The notes below the pieces were generated by a model that was not told the origin of the DNA, did no database searches, and was given only the letters and a program-made list of their open reading frames with translations. Shown in pieces: positions 9,097-17,938 of a DNA stretch of 64,000 nt. A program made the translations under genes and the position numbers. Position 1 is the stretch's first letter. Every line of letters starts with the position of its first letter. The DNA is from Candidatus Limnocylindria bacterium. GTDB lineage: Bacteria > Chloroflexota > Limnocylindria > P2-11E. The DNA lies in assembly GCA_050692175.1 (NCBI GenBank), contig JBOGTG010000078.1, positions 2,088 to 66,087 on the forward strand, given 5' to 3'.

Positions 9097-11846
9097 GCCG
9101 GCCGCAGGTGCCGGTCGAACCAGTCGAGCGCGCGACGGAGCGAGTCGATGCGGTTCTCCGTCACGCGGAAGCCGTGGCCCTCGCCCGAATACACGTGGTA
9201 CTCGTGCACCTTTCCGCCATCGCGCAAGGCCTTCACCACCTGCTCGGCCTCGCCGCGCGGGACGCGCGGATCGTTCTCGCCCTGTAGGACGAGGAGCGGC
9301 GACCGGATCTTCGACGCGTGCGTCAGCGGCGAGCGCTCGCGGTACAGGCCCGCGTCCTCGACCGGATCGCCCAGCTCGCGCAGCAGGTAGTCACGCAGGT
9401 CCCCACGCGTCGTGTCGAACATGGTCTTCCACGAAACGACCCCGACGATCGACACGCCGGCGGCGAAGCGGTCCGGATGGGACGCGAGCGACATGAGCGT
9501 CAGGTACCCGCCATAGCTGCCACCGTAGACGCCGATCCGCGCCGGGTCGGCGAGCTTCTGGTCGCCGAGCCATGCGGCGCCACGTGCGATGTCCTCGAGA
9601 TCCTTGCCGCCCCAGTCGCGGCGGTTCGCTTCCCGCCACTTTTTGCCGTACCCGGTCGACCCGCGCGGATTCGGCTCGAGCACGACGAAGCCGGCGTTCA
9701 CGAAGACCTGCGTGGCCACGTTCCACTCGCGGTGGTGCTGCGCCGTCGGCCCGCCGTGGATGTTGATGATCGCGGGCGCGATCTTCTCGCCGCGCAGCGC
9801 TTCCGCGTACGGAAGGAAGAGGAGCGCGGGTACGTCCTCGCCGCCCGCGCCCGCGTAGCGGATATGCGACGGCTCCACCAGCGTCGCGGGGTCGATCGTG
9901 GCCGCCGGCAGCGAGCGCGTGATGGCACGCGCCTCGGTCGCTCGCTCATGCGTCACGTACACGTCCCACGGACGCGAGGGACTCGAGAAGAGGAACGCCG
10001 TGGTGTCGCTGTCGGGGCCGATATCTGGCGACTGGTGCATGCCCGGGATGTCCGAGACGGCATGATCCGCATGCGACACGGTGAAGACCCGGCGAAGCGA
10101 GACCGCGGCGTCCTCGTTGTGGAGATACGCGAGCGCGCGTCCGTCCGGTCGCCACACGGCGCCGGACTCGTCGTGAATGCTCTCGGTCATCCGCTCGACG
10201 CGGCCGATCGTGCCCGACTGCCAGGTCGCCAGGGCGATCTCGTGCCGGCCCCGGGTGTCGGTGGTGAACGAGATGCGGGTTCCGTCGGGCGACCACTGCG
10301 GGTCGGTGGACTCGCCATCGACGCCACCGCGCGTGTCGAGGCGAGTCGCCTCGCCGCCTGATGCCGCGACCACATAGAGATCCGCGTTCGTTGGGGTGGT
10401 CTCGCGCCGCGACCAGAAGACAAGGAGCGCGCCGTCCGGTGACCATCGCGGCTGGAAGTCGGTCCGAGAGCCGTCGGTCAGCGCGCGCTTAGCACCGGTC
10501 GTGACGTCGATCACATAGATGGCGAAGGTCTCACCGCCCGCATTCGCGGTGTACGCGACCTTCGTGCCGTCCGGAGACCACGCGATATCGCGATGCATCA
10601 CTCCCGGCTCGTTCGTGAGGTTGCGCTCGTGCTCACCGTCCCGGTCGACGAGCCAGATGTCGAAACGCTCGTCCCCGCCGCGATCGCGCAGAAAGGCGAG
10701 CTGCCGGGCGTCCGGCGACCACCGTGGCCAGACCGATCGCTCGCCCGCCTCCGTCAGCTGGAAGATCCGATCGCCGGCCAGCGGCGCGCTGAAAATCTCG
10801 AACGTTCCCGAACGGTTCCACGAGAACGCGACCTCGGTGCCGTCGGGCGAGAGATCGATGCCGCCCCAGAGGTAATCGACGTACGGCACCCCTGCGAGCT
10901 CCTCGACCGAAAGACGCCGGTACCGGTCGCCGATCGAGCGCGGCGCGACGACCGCTGGCGGCGGCTGGATGTCCGTCTCGGGATTCGCGATCGTCGTCGG
11001 CGGCCGCGCCGTGCCATAGGCGTTCCAGTCCTCGGCAAAGCTCTGTGGGCGCTTGGTGGCTTTAGCGGACTGCTGCGCCGCGCCGCTTGTCGTCCCGCTG
11101 GCCGTCGCAGGCACGGGCCGGCGGGGCCGCTCGACCAGCTCGCGGGCCGCGGTCGCGACGACGAGGGTCTCGGGGCCCATCGCGGCTTCTCGTGGCGACG
11201 TCACCTCTCTCGGAACGATCGGGTCGTGAGGGACGAGCTTGTCCTCGAGGCGTCCTTTGTATTCGCGATCCCACGGAGCCTGGAGCAGGATCCCGAACTG
11301 CTTGCGCGGTTTTGGGAGCTCTTCCTGGAGCGCGAGGAGGTTGTCCTTTCCCGCGTTCCACATCGGTGACCGGCGCGCGGACAGCACGACCGAGAAATTC
11401 AAGGGAAGGAGCGCCCGCGCGGCGTCGCTCGCGAGGTCGAGATCGCCGCATATCAGCACGCCCCCGGCCTTTCGCAGGAGGATGACCGTGGCGCCGTCGC
11501 CGTTGGCATGGACGCGCACGGCGCGCGCATCCGGACGCACGAGCTCGTCGTCGCCGAGCACGAGATCGGGTCCGCCGGGGATCCCATCGGCATCGTCGGC
11601 GTGCGCGGCCACCTGCAGACCGAGGGCCTCGCGGTACTTGCTCGCGTCGGCGGCACGCGCGGCGTTCGTCGCGACGAGCAAGGACGCGGGGCCGGCGCCG
11701 CGCACGAGTCTCAGCGCGCGTTCGCTGAATGGCGGAGCGTCGATCAGGAGGTTCCCGCGTTCCTCGTCATAAACGATGTACTGACGCTCGTTCTCGAGGG
11801 GCTCGTACAGCTCGAAGATCCACGAACGGAGCTGATGAATATCCAC
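9093..11846 (-). CDS. S9 family prolyl-oligopeptidase-type serine peptidase with beta-propeller and an N-terminal degenerate MBL-like domain
   Basis: C-terminus has GVYGGSYGG (nucleophile elbow), QGENDPRV and GEGHGF. The middle has repeated WSPDG propeller blades. The first ~220 aa are MBL-fold-like but the HxHxDH motif is replaced by TNAARAAD. Confidence 0.85.
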   Translation of the reverse strand: MDIHQLRSWIFELYEPLENERQYIVYDEERGNLLIDAPPFSERALRLVRGAGPASLLVATNAARAADASKYREALGLQVAAHADDADGIPGGPDLVLGDDELVRPDARAVRVHANGDGATVILLRKAGGVLICGDLDLASDAARALLPLNFSVVLSARRSPMWNAGKDNLLALQEELPKPRKQFGILLQAPWDREYKGRLEDKLVPHDPIVPREVTSPREAAMGPETLVVATAARELVERPRRPVPATASGTTSGAAQQSAKATKRPQSFAEDWNAYGTARPPTTIANPETDIQPPPAVVAPRSIGDRYRRLSVEELAGVPYVDYLWGGIDLSPDGTEVAFSWNRSGTFEIFSAPLAGDRIFQLTEAGERSVWPRWSPDARQLAFLRDRGGDERFDIWLVDRDGEHERNLTNEPGVMHRDIAWSPDGTKVAYTANAGGETFAIYVIDVTTGAKRALTDGSRTDFQPRWSPDGALLVFWSRRETTPTNADLYVVAASGGEATRLDTRGGVDGESTDPQWSPDGTRISFTTDTRGRHEIALATWQSGTIGRVERMTESIHDESGAVWRPDGRALAYLHNEDAAVSLRRVFTVSHADHAVSDIPGMHQSPDIGPDSDTTAFLFSSPSRPWDVYVTHERATEARAITRSLPAATIDPATLVEPSHIRYAGAGGEDVPALLFLPYAEALRGEKIAPAIINIHGGPTAQHHREWNVATQVFVNAGFVVLEPNPRGSTGYGKKWREANRRDWGGKDLEDIARGAAWLGDQKLADPARIGVYGGSYGGYLTLMSLASHPDRFAAGVSIVGVVSWKTMFDTTRGDLRDYLLRELGDPVEDAGLYRERSPLTHASKIRSPLLVLQGENDPRVPRGEAEQVVKALRDGGKVHEYHVYSGEGHGFRVTENRIDSLRRALDWFDRHLRPA

Positions 11847-11855
11847 GGGGCCGGC

Positions 11856-12737
11856 CTATCCTAGCGTCGGAAGAACGAGAAAGCCGTCCGCGCGGACGAG
11901 CGCTTTCTTCAGCTCGAGTCTTCGTGCCGCGTGCGCGACGCGATCCTCGCTCCAGTCGAAGAGCTTCATGACCTGACGCTCGGTCACGCCCCCGGCAAGA
12001 TCCAGGAGATGAGCCAGCAGCGTGGTCATCGCGTCCGCGGATGACGCTCGCTCCGCGGCGCGCACCGTTTCTGGGTACCGGTTCACGAAAAGGTCGTACG
12101 TGTAGTTGTAGTCCTCTCGACCTTCGCCCACGGCCCGGACGCGCGCCACATACATCAGCCGCTGCAGCTCTTCGATCGCCTTCGCGTAGTCGGACCTGCC
12201 GTCCTGCGAGGTGATCCCGAGCGCTGACCGCATTCGTTTGGTCTGCGTCTCTCCGTTCACGGCGAGGAATTCGATGATCCGCCGTGCGATCTCCGAGAGG
12301 CGGCCCGCGCGGACGTCCTCGAGATGGTCATCGGCTTCACCGGCGCGGCCGAAGGTCGCGTAGAAGGTCGGCAGCATCTTCATCGAGACGAACGTCGGCT
12401 TTCGAACGAGGAGCTTTCCGTAGTAGAGGCGCTTGTTCTCGGCGAGCTCGTCCTTCCATCCCCACATCCACTCCCACTTGCGGCCATCGCTGCGGGTGTC
12501 GAGGTGGTCGAACGCAGCCGGGATCGGATACGCCGACTCGCCGGTGAATGCGAAGCAGAGGCCGAGCTCATCGACCATCCGCACCAACGCGTTCGCGGTC
12601 TTGACCGCATGACGCGCGGCGATCCGCTCGCGGTGACGGGCGAGGGCCCGTTCCATGTCTCGGGAGAGCGCCGGTGCGCGTTTGGCCCGGGGTCGGCGAT
12701 ACTCAGCGGCCATCGCAATCGAGCGTGGAGGTGTCAC
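11856..12737 (-). CDS. hypothetical protein, possibly winged-helix containing
   Basis: 293-aa ORF with high GC3. The C-terminal half resembles wHTH modules (EIARRIIEFLAVNGETQTKRMRSALG). Start uncertain: GTG 12737 or ATG 12713. Confidence 0.65.
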   Translation of the reverse strand: MTPPRSIAMAAEYRRPRAKRAPALSRDMERALARHRERIAARHAVKTANALVRMVDELGLCFAFTGESAYPIPAAFDHLDTRSDGRKWEWMWGWKDELAENKRLYYGKLLVRKPTFVSMKMLPTFYATFGRAGEADDHLEDVRAGRLSEIARRIIEFLAVNGETQTKRMRSALGITSQDGRSDYAKAIEELQRLMYVARVRAVGEGREDYNYTYDLFVNRYPETVRAAERASSADAMTTLLAHLLDLAGGVTERQVMKLFDWSEDRVAHAARRLELKKALVRADGFLVLPTLG

Positions 12738-12738
12738 G

Positions 12739-13119
12739 GTGAATGGTCAACCGAGACTCATCCATCTGAAGAGCGAGTCCGAGCTCGAGCCCAAGTGCCG
12801 CGCCACCGACGCCACGACTCTCACGAACTGGGTCCGCGGCGCGTCCTTTCCCGAGGTGTACGTGCCGGCCGAGGTAGTCGGCATAGCCGACGTGGTGTGC
12901 CGCAAGTGTCAGGAGGCAGCCATCGACAACGACATTGGCTCGGATGACGAGGTCGTCCCCGATGAAGAAGAGACGGCCGTCGTGGACACGGGAGTCGTCG
13001 ACGCGGTGCTCGTGGACGTGAGCGATGCGGATCTGCTCGCGGAGATCGCGAGGCGGCTCGGCGACGAGGACGCGCTAGCCGAAGAAGAGGGCGACCAGGC
13101 CAAGAATCACCGCGACTGA
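12739..13119 (+). CDS. small acidic hypothetical protein
   Basis: GTG 12739 lies 7 nt after the SD GGAGG (12727-12731). 126 aa with an Asp/Glu-rich C-terminal half and Cys in PKCR and VCRKCQ. The longer ATG 12655 start would overlap the divergent gene. Confidence 0.5.
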   Translation: MNGQPRLIHLKSESELEPKCRATDATTLTNWVRGASFPEVYVPAEVVGIADVVCRKCQEAAIDNDIGSDDEVVPDEEETAVVDTGVVDAVLVDVSDADLLAEIARRLGDEDALAEEEGDQAKNHRD

Positions 13120-13560
13120 CATCGCCCGCCGGGAGCGCTCGTGGAGCCGAGTGAACTCGACACGAGCCGGCGCGCTCAGCGGCTGGTCTTCGAAACCCGG
13201 CGTCTGTGTCCGAATGGCGCGCGCGACGGGATTGGCATAACCGCTCGAGTAGAGCGTGATGACCACCAGTGCAACCAGGGCAATCCAGCGAACGATCAGG
13301 CGCGGTTCGGGCGCACCGGTGACTTCGAAGGCGAGTGCCTTGAGCAGGCTCGTCACGATCACGACGATCACCGAGAAGATGGCGAGGCCATCGAAACGAG
13401 CGAGCACGCTTCCGAACAACGTGCCCGCGTCCGCTCGTGAGCGAGCCGACGCGAAGATGGCGGGCGCTACTGCCGTACCGAGAACGAGCGGCCCACCGAC
13501 AAGGATCGCGAGCGCCAGGTGATAGAGGAACTGAAGCAGGTCGAAAGACAGCGTCTCCAC
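13075..13560 (-). CDS. DUF4149-like integral membrane protein
   Basis: 161 aa with four predicted TM helices. N-terminus FLYHLALAILVGGPLVLGTAVAPAIF is typical of DUF4149. Confidence 0.75.
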   Translation of the reverse strand: METLSFDLLQFLYHLALAILVGGPLVLGTAVAPAIFASARSRADAGTLFGSVLARFDGLAIFSVIVVIVTSLLKALAFEVTGAPEPRLIVRWIALVALVVITLYSSGYANPVARAIRTQTPGFEDQPLSAPARVEFTRLHERSRRAMSVAVILGLVALFFG

Positions 13561-13593
13561 CCGGAAATCCGAGCATACCCGGAATTTCCGAGC
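13561..13593. promoter_or_regulatory. direct repeat in divergent promoter region
   Basis: CCGGAAATCCGAGC (13561-13574) and CCGGAATTTCCGAGC (13579-13593) lie between divergent starts at 13560 and 13632. The arms CGGAAAT and ATTTCCG are also inverted relative to each other. Confidence 0.25.
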
Positions 13594-13631
13594 GCACAGG
13601 TCGGTTTAAGATTGAGGACGAGGGAGCCTGA

Positions 13632-14840
13632 ATGCCCACCTATCGCGACTACTTCGCCGACATCAAGAAGCGCGTCAAAGAGGCGACGCCCGAGCAGGTC
13701 CAGGACCTAATCCGCTCGGGTGACATCCAGCTCGGCGACGTCCGCGAGAAGGACGAGTGGAACGCAGGCCACATTCCCGACGCGGTCCACGTGCCAAAGA
13801 GCTACCTCGAGCAGTGGGCCGAAGACCGCCTTCCCGACAAGGAAAAGACGACGGTCCTCTACTGCGCCGGCGGCGTCCGCTCGGCGATGGCGGCGGACAT
13901 TCTGCAAAAGCTCGGGTACCGCAGCGTGATTTCCATGGCCGGTGGGTTCAACCGCTGGAAGGATTCCGGCAAGCCGTGGACGACCCCCGCGAGCTTCACA
14001 CCGGAGCAGGCGCAGCGGTACTCACGGCACCTCTTGATCCCCGAGGTTGGCGAGGCCGGACAGCAGAAGCTCCTGGACAGCAAAGTGCTGCTCATCGGGG
14101 CGGGCGGACTCGGATCGCCGGCCGCGTACTACCTCGCGTCCGCCGGCGTGGGCACTCTCGGCATCGTCGACTCAGATGTGGTCGACCTCACGAACCTGCA
14201 GCGTCAGATCCTGCACACCACCGACCGCATCGGCGAGTCGAAGGTCTCCTCAGCCAAGCAGACACTCGAGGCGCTGAATCCCGACGTGAAGATCGTCGGC
14301 TACGAAGAGCGCCTGTCGGCCGCGAACATCGACCGCATCATCGAGGGCTACGACGTCGTGATCGACGGCGCCGACAACTTCCCCACCCGCTATCTCCTGA
14401 ACGACGCGTCGGTCAAGCACCGCGTCCCCGTCGTGCACGGGTCGATCTTTCGCTTCGAGGGACAGGTCACGGTCTTCACGCCGTTCGAGGGGCCGTGTTA
14501 CCGCTGCCTCTTCCCGGAACCCCCGCCGCCGGAGCTCGCGCCGTCCTGCGCGGAGGCGGGCGTCCTCGGCGTCCTGCCCGGGGTGATCGGGACGATCCAG
14601 GCGACGGAGGCGATCAAGCTTCTGCTCGGGATCGGGGAGCCGCTCGCCGGGCGCTACCTTCTCTACGACGCGCTCGAGGGCAGCTTCCGCGAGGTGCGTC
14701 TGCGCCGCGATCCGGAGTGCCCCGTCTGCGGCGAGCATCCGACGATCACCGACTACATCGATTACGAGGGCTTCTGCGCCTCGCCGGCGGAGTGGCGCGC
14801 GCAGCACGCGCCTGCAAAGGTGACGACACCGGCGGACTGA
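13632..14840 (+). CDS. MoeB/ThiF-family adenylyltransferase with N-terminal rhodanese domain
   Basis: Residues ~20-125 form a rhodanese domain (active-site loop LYCAGGVRS). The E1-like domain follows: LLIGAGGLGSPAAYYLA, DLTNLQRQ, and Zn motifs CYRC and CPVC. Confidence 0.9.
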   Translation: MPTYRDYFADIKKRVKEATPEQVQDLIRSGDIQLGDVREKDEWNAGHIPDAVHVPKSYLEQWAEDRLPDKEKTTVLYCAGGVRSAMAADILQKLGYRSVISMAGGFNRWKDSGKPWTTPASFTPEQAQRYSRHLLIPEVGEAGQQKLLDSKVLLIGAGGLGSPAAYYLASAGVGTLGIVDSDVVDLTNLQRQILHTTDRIGESKVSSAKQTLEALNPDVKIVGYEERLSAANIDRIIEGYDVVIDGADNFPTRYLLNDASVKHRVPVVHGSIFRFEGQVTVFTPFEGPCYRCLFPEPPPPELAPSCAEAGVLGVLPGVIGTIQATEAIKLLLGIGEPLAGRYLLYDALEGSFREVRLRRDPECPVCGEHPTITDYIDYEGFCASPAEWRAQHAPAKVTTPAD

Positions 14841-14863
14841 CCCGCACCCCTATCCTCAAAGCG

Positions 14864-15967
14864 ATGCGCCGCATGATTCTTGGCCTCGCAGCCGCCGCGT
14901 TCCTCGTCGCGGCCTGCACCGGTGGCACCGCGGCGTCGCCGTCTCCGACGAGGACCCCGGACATCCGGAGAGCCAAGCTCGACATCGCATACACCGCGTT
15001 CGTCACGCAGGACGTGCATCACGCGACCAGCAAGAAGGCGCTCGAGGCCGCGCTCGAAGCCGTCAAGCAGGAGATCGTGACGGCCGGCGGCAAGGCCGAC
15101 GTGAGGACCCCGGAGTTCACCGACATCGAGGAGACGTCTCTCGAAGATTTCAAGAAGTTCGCGGACGTCGTGAGCCAGCTCGCGGCACAGAACCCGAATG
15201 TATCCGCGAATCGCATCGCGGACGCCGCGATCACGGGGATGATCAGGGTCAGCCCCGACTGCCACACGCAGTACATCACCGGCGGACGTGTCATCAATTC
15301 GTCGACCCGGGCCCTCAGCGGAGGCAACGCGGTCGTGCCGGCAGGGGGTACATCGCTCGGGGGGCCGGACGAGGCCGGGCTAACCGGCAAGATCCTCCCC
15401 AGCGGTATCGCATACATCACCTGGCGGGAATTCGTCGTCAACGGCACCTACAAGGGGAACGACGCCCTGAAGGCGATACTCGAGAGGGCGCTCGCGCAGG
15501 GCGCGAGGGCCTGGATCTTTGACCTCCGCGGCAACCTCGGCGGATCGGCAGTCGACATGACGAGCTTTTTCCTCGATGGCGAGCCGCGGTACCGCATCGA
15601 GCTCAAGAACGGGTTCGCCGGCACCTCAACCGCAATAAAGGCACTCCGGCTACCGCCCGAGTACCAGCTGCCGATCGTCGTCATCGTAAACGGGCGGAGC
15701 GCCTCTGCCTCCGAGGTCTTCGCGCTCTCTCTCCAGGAGAACAACCGCGCCACGATCGTCGGTCAGAGGACCAGAGGATGCCTCGGCGGGTTCTTCCCGA
15801 ACGGCCTCGTGGAGGGCTCGGACCTTCACGTCGCGGCCGAGGAGTTCGTGGGCGCGGTCACTGGAGCCAAGTACAACAACGTGGGGATGCCGCCGGATGT
15901 CCCGGCCGATGACGCGACCGCCGTGGACAAGGCGATCGAGATCCTGAAGGCCAAAATCGGTCAGTAG
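14864..15967 (+). CDS. S41 family peptidase lipoprotein (no PDZ domain)
   Basis: ATG 14864 gives MRRMILGLAAAAFLVAAC (lipobox). Contains DLRGNLGGS and NGRSASASEV S41 motifs. The 736-aa ORF in the track is an upstream read-through of this frame. Confidence 0.8.
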   Translation: MRRMILGLAAAAFLVAACTGGTAASPSPTRTPDIRRAKLDIAYTAFVTQDVHHATSKKALEAALEAVKQEIVTAGGKADVRTPEFTDIEETSLEDFKKFADVVSQLAAQNPNVSANRIADAAITGMIRVSPDCHTQYITGGRVINSSTRALSGGNAVVPAGGTSLGGPDEAGLTGKILPSGIAYITWREFVVNGTYKGNDALKAILERALAQGARAWIFDLRGNLGGSAVDMTSFFLDGEPRYRIELKNGFAGTSTAIKALRLPPEYQLPIVVIVNGRSASASEVFALSLQENNRATIVGQRTRGCLGGFFPNGLVEGSDLHVAAEEFVGAVTGAKYNNVGMPPDVPADDATAVDKAIEILKAKIGQ

Positions 15968-15983
15968 CATTCGCGCGGCCGCT

Positions 15984-17135
15984 GTGAAAGGCCTCCCGCT
16001 CGCCTTCGTTGCTGTGGCGGTCCTGACCGGCTGCGTCGCCCCGCCTAGCACTATCCCGACGAGCGGCGCGACGGCGAGCCCGACCCCGACGAAGGTCGAG
16101 ATCACATCGACCACCGCGGCCGAGCTCCAGAGCGTGATCGCGGCACGGTTCCGCGCGCTCGGCGCGAAGGACTTGACCGCGTTCCAGGCGACGTTTGACC
16201 GGACGCGACCAGGCTTCCGGCGATGCCAGCAGGAATTGTTCGACGTCGCGGCGCGGCAGGGGGTCACCGCCCGCCCGCCAACGGTGGTCAAGGTCGAGTC
16301 GTACGGGAACGGCTACGTCCGCGCGTACCTCGAGGACGGCTCGAATGGCATCGAGCGTCGGTACTTCCGGCGCGACGGCGATCGCTGGATCGTCACCGAG
16401 CCGACGATCGACGAGCTCGGGGGCGCGCGATCGAAGGTCGTCGACGGAGTGCGCGTCGATTACTGGGGAATCGATGAGGACGTCGTCGATTTCATCGGCC
16501 GTGAAGCGGCGGCGACCAGAGAGTTCCTGATGCCCCATGCGGGCAGCCCCATCCGCGACCCGTACTTCGTGAAGCTGATCCCGACGCGCGAGACCGCCGG
16601 AATCGTCGCGTGTGGGTTCGGTGCGTTCGCGGACACCCGCGACGAGCACGCGCCGTTCATGGGCCTCTGGCGGCTCTGGCTCGCGCCGAGTCTTGACCGT
16701 GTCTCCGATTACCAGCAGGCGGTTGTGCGGCACGAGGGCCTGCATTACCTGCAGGACCAGTTCAGCCACAGGATTAACGTGCGTCTCGACTGGTGGCTCA
16801 TTGAAGGGTGGCCCGACTATGTCGCGAGGTCGCGGGGTCGGGGCGCGATCGCGGAAGCTGTGTGCGCGAGCACCATACCGGCCCTCAAGCGAATCATCGA
16901 TGGCGTCCCGACCGAGCCGGACACGCCCCCCGAGCTCACAGGCCAGTACTACGGGCTCGCGAACTCGATGATCGAATACGTGTACGCCACCTACGGAGCA
17001 GAGAGCTACTGGGATCTCGTCGCGCTCTACAAGGACAACCCCGATTACCGCGTGACCTATCCGAAGATCTTCAAGGTCGAGCCGGACGCCTTCTATCAGG
17101 ACTGGCTCGCCTTCGCGAAGCGGAAGTACTGCTGA
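15984..17135 (+). CDS. lipoprotein with peptidase-MA-like (HExxH...EG) metalloprotease motif
   Basis: Lipobox AVLTGC. HEGLHYL is followed 20 residues later by WLIEGWPDYVA, the gluzincin arrangement seen in Peptidase_MA_2-type proteins. Confidence 0.7.
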   Translation: MKGLPLAFVAVAVLTGCVAPPSTIPTSGATASPTPTKVEITSTTAAELQSVIAARFRALGAKDLTAFQATFDRTRPGFRRCQQELFDVAARQGVTARPPTVVKVESYGNGYVRAYLEDGSNGIERRYFRRDGDRWIVTEPTIDELGGARSKVVDGVRVDYWGIDEDVVDFIGREAAATREFLMPHAGSPIRDPYFVKLIPTRETAGIVACGFGAFADTRDEHAPFMGLWRLWLAPSLDRVSDYQQAVVRHEGLHYLQDQFSHRINVRLDWWLIEGWPDYVARSRGRGAIAEAVCASTIPALKRIIDGVPTEPDTPPELTGQYYGLANSMIEYVYATYGAESYWDLVALYKDNPDYRVTYPKIFKVEPDAFYQDWLAFAKRKYC

Positions 17136-17244
17136 GCCAGACGTACGACAATCGAACAACCGAGCGGTCAGCCTGCGCGTTTCTCTCGGCCGATACGCTG
17201 CAGCTGCTGCTGGTCCCTGGGACGGTTTTGGTACCGATGGGCCA

Positions 17245-17895
17245 TTGGCGAACAGGGTCAGTGGCCGATATGGTCGCGGAGCGCACGTGAGGAAGGGAAG
17301 TGACGACCGCTTGAGGCCAAGCGTCGCCAAAGTCGCCGCGCTCCAACTTGAGGTCGCTGGCCCGGTTCCGGACGTCATCGCCCGGGCAAAGGCAGGCGAT
17401 CGAGGGGCGTTCGCCGAGCTCTACGACCGTCACATCGACTCCGTGTACCGCTACCTGCTTTACCGCGTGCGCGAGCCGTCCGATGCCGAGGACCTCGCGA
17501 GCGAAGTGTTCACCCGAGCCTTCGCGAACATCCACCGCTATCGCTGGCAGGGGAAATCGTTCCTCGCCTGGCTCTACACGATCGCGCGCAATGCCGTCAC
17601 CGATCGTCGCCGTCGCGAACGACCGATGGTCGACCTCGATAACGCATACGGCGTCGCCGAAGATGGGCCGACCGCGCACGAGCGCGCGGTACACGGCGAG
17701 GCGGTCGATGCGCTGCGCGGCGCGGTGAAGCATCTCACCACCGAACAGCAGGAGGTCATCGTCCTTCGTTTCGTCGAGAACATGTCGAGTCGCCAGGTCG
17801 CGAAAGTTCTTGGCAAGAATGAGGGCGCGATCCGCGCGCTTCAGTTCCGAGCGCTCGGTCGCTTAAGAAAGCTCTTAACGAGCGAAGTCGCCTGA
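17245..17895 (+). CDS. ECF-type sigma-70 family RNA polymerase sigma factor
   Basis: Region 2: FAELYDRHIDSVYRYLLYRV...DLASEVFTRAF...WLYTIARNAVTDRRRR. Region 4: LTTEQQEVIVLRFVENMSSRQVAKVLGKNEGAIRALQFRAL. Start uncertain (ATG 17245, GTG 17287 or TTG 17311). Confidence 0.85.
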   Translation: MANRVSGRYGRGAHVRKGSDDRLRPSVAKVAALQLEVAGPVPDVIARAKAGDRGAFAELYDRHIDSVYRYLLYRVREPSDAEDLASEVFTRAFANIHRYRWQGKSFLAWLYTIARNAVTDRRRRERPMVDLDNAYGVAEDGPTAHERAVHGEAVDALRGAVKHLTTEQQEVIVLRFVENMSSRQVAKVLGKNEGAIRALQFRALGRLRKLLTSEVA

Positions 17896-17938
17896 ACTGC
17901 TGACGCGGGCGACCCGTAGACTTCTCGATAGGTACTCA

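Noticed and set aside
13757-15967. 736-aa ORF spanning the MoeB-like gene and the S41 peptidase. There are analogous N-terminal extensions in ORFs 24835-26172, 40542-43403, 43279-45006, 48232-49164, 49335-49931, 52630-53805, 53802-55052 and 54236-55531.
   Set aside because: The upstream parts are out-of-frame read-through of the preceding gene and translate to Arg/Pro-rich junk. The true starts are internal ATG or GTG codons that overlap or abut the upstream stop and coincide with the start of recognisable domains.
17136-17244. Candidate ECF-type autoregulatory promoter (GAAC ... GTC) upstream of the sigma gene at 17245.
   Set aside because: The spacing between the AAC and GTC elements (about 19 nt) and the element sequences are too weak to call without a genome-wide motif model.
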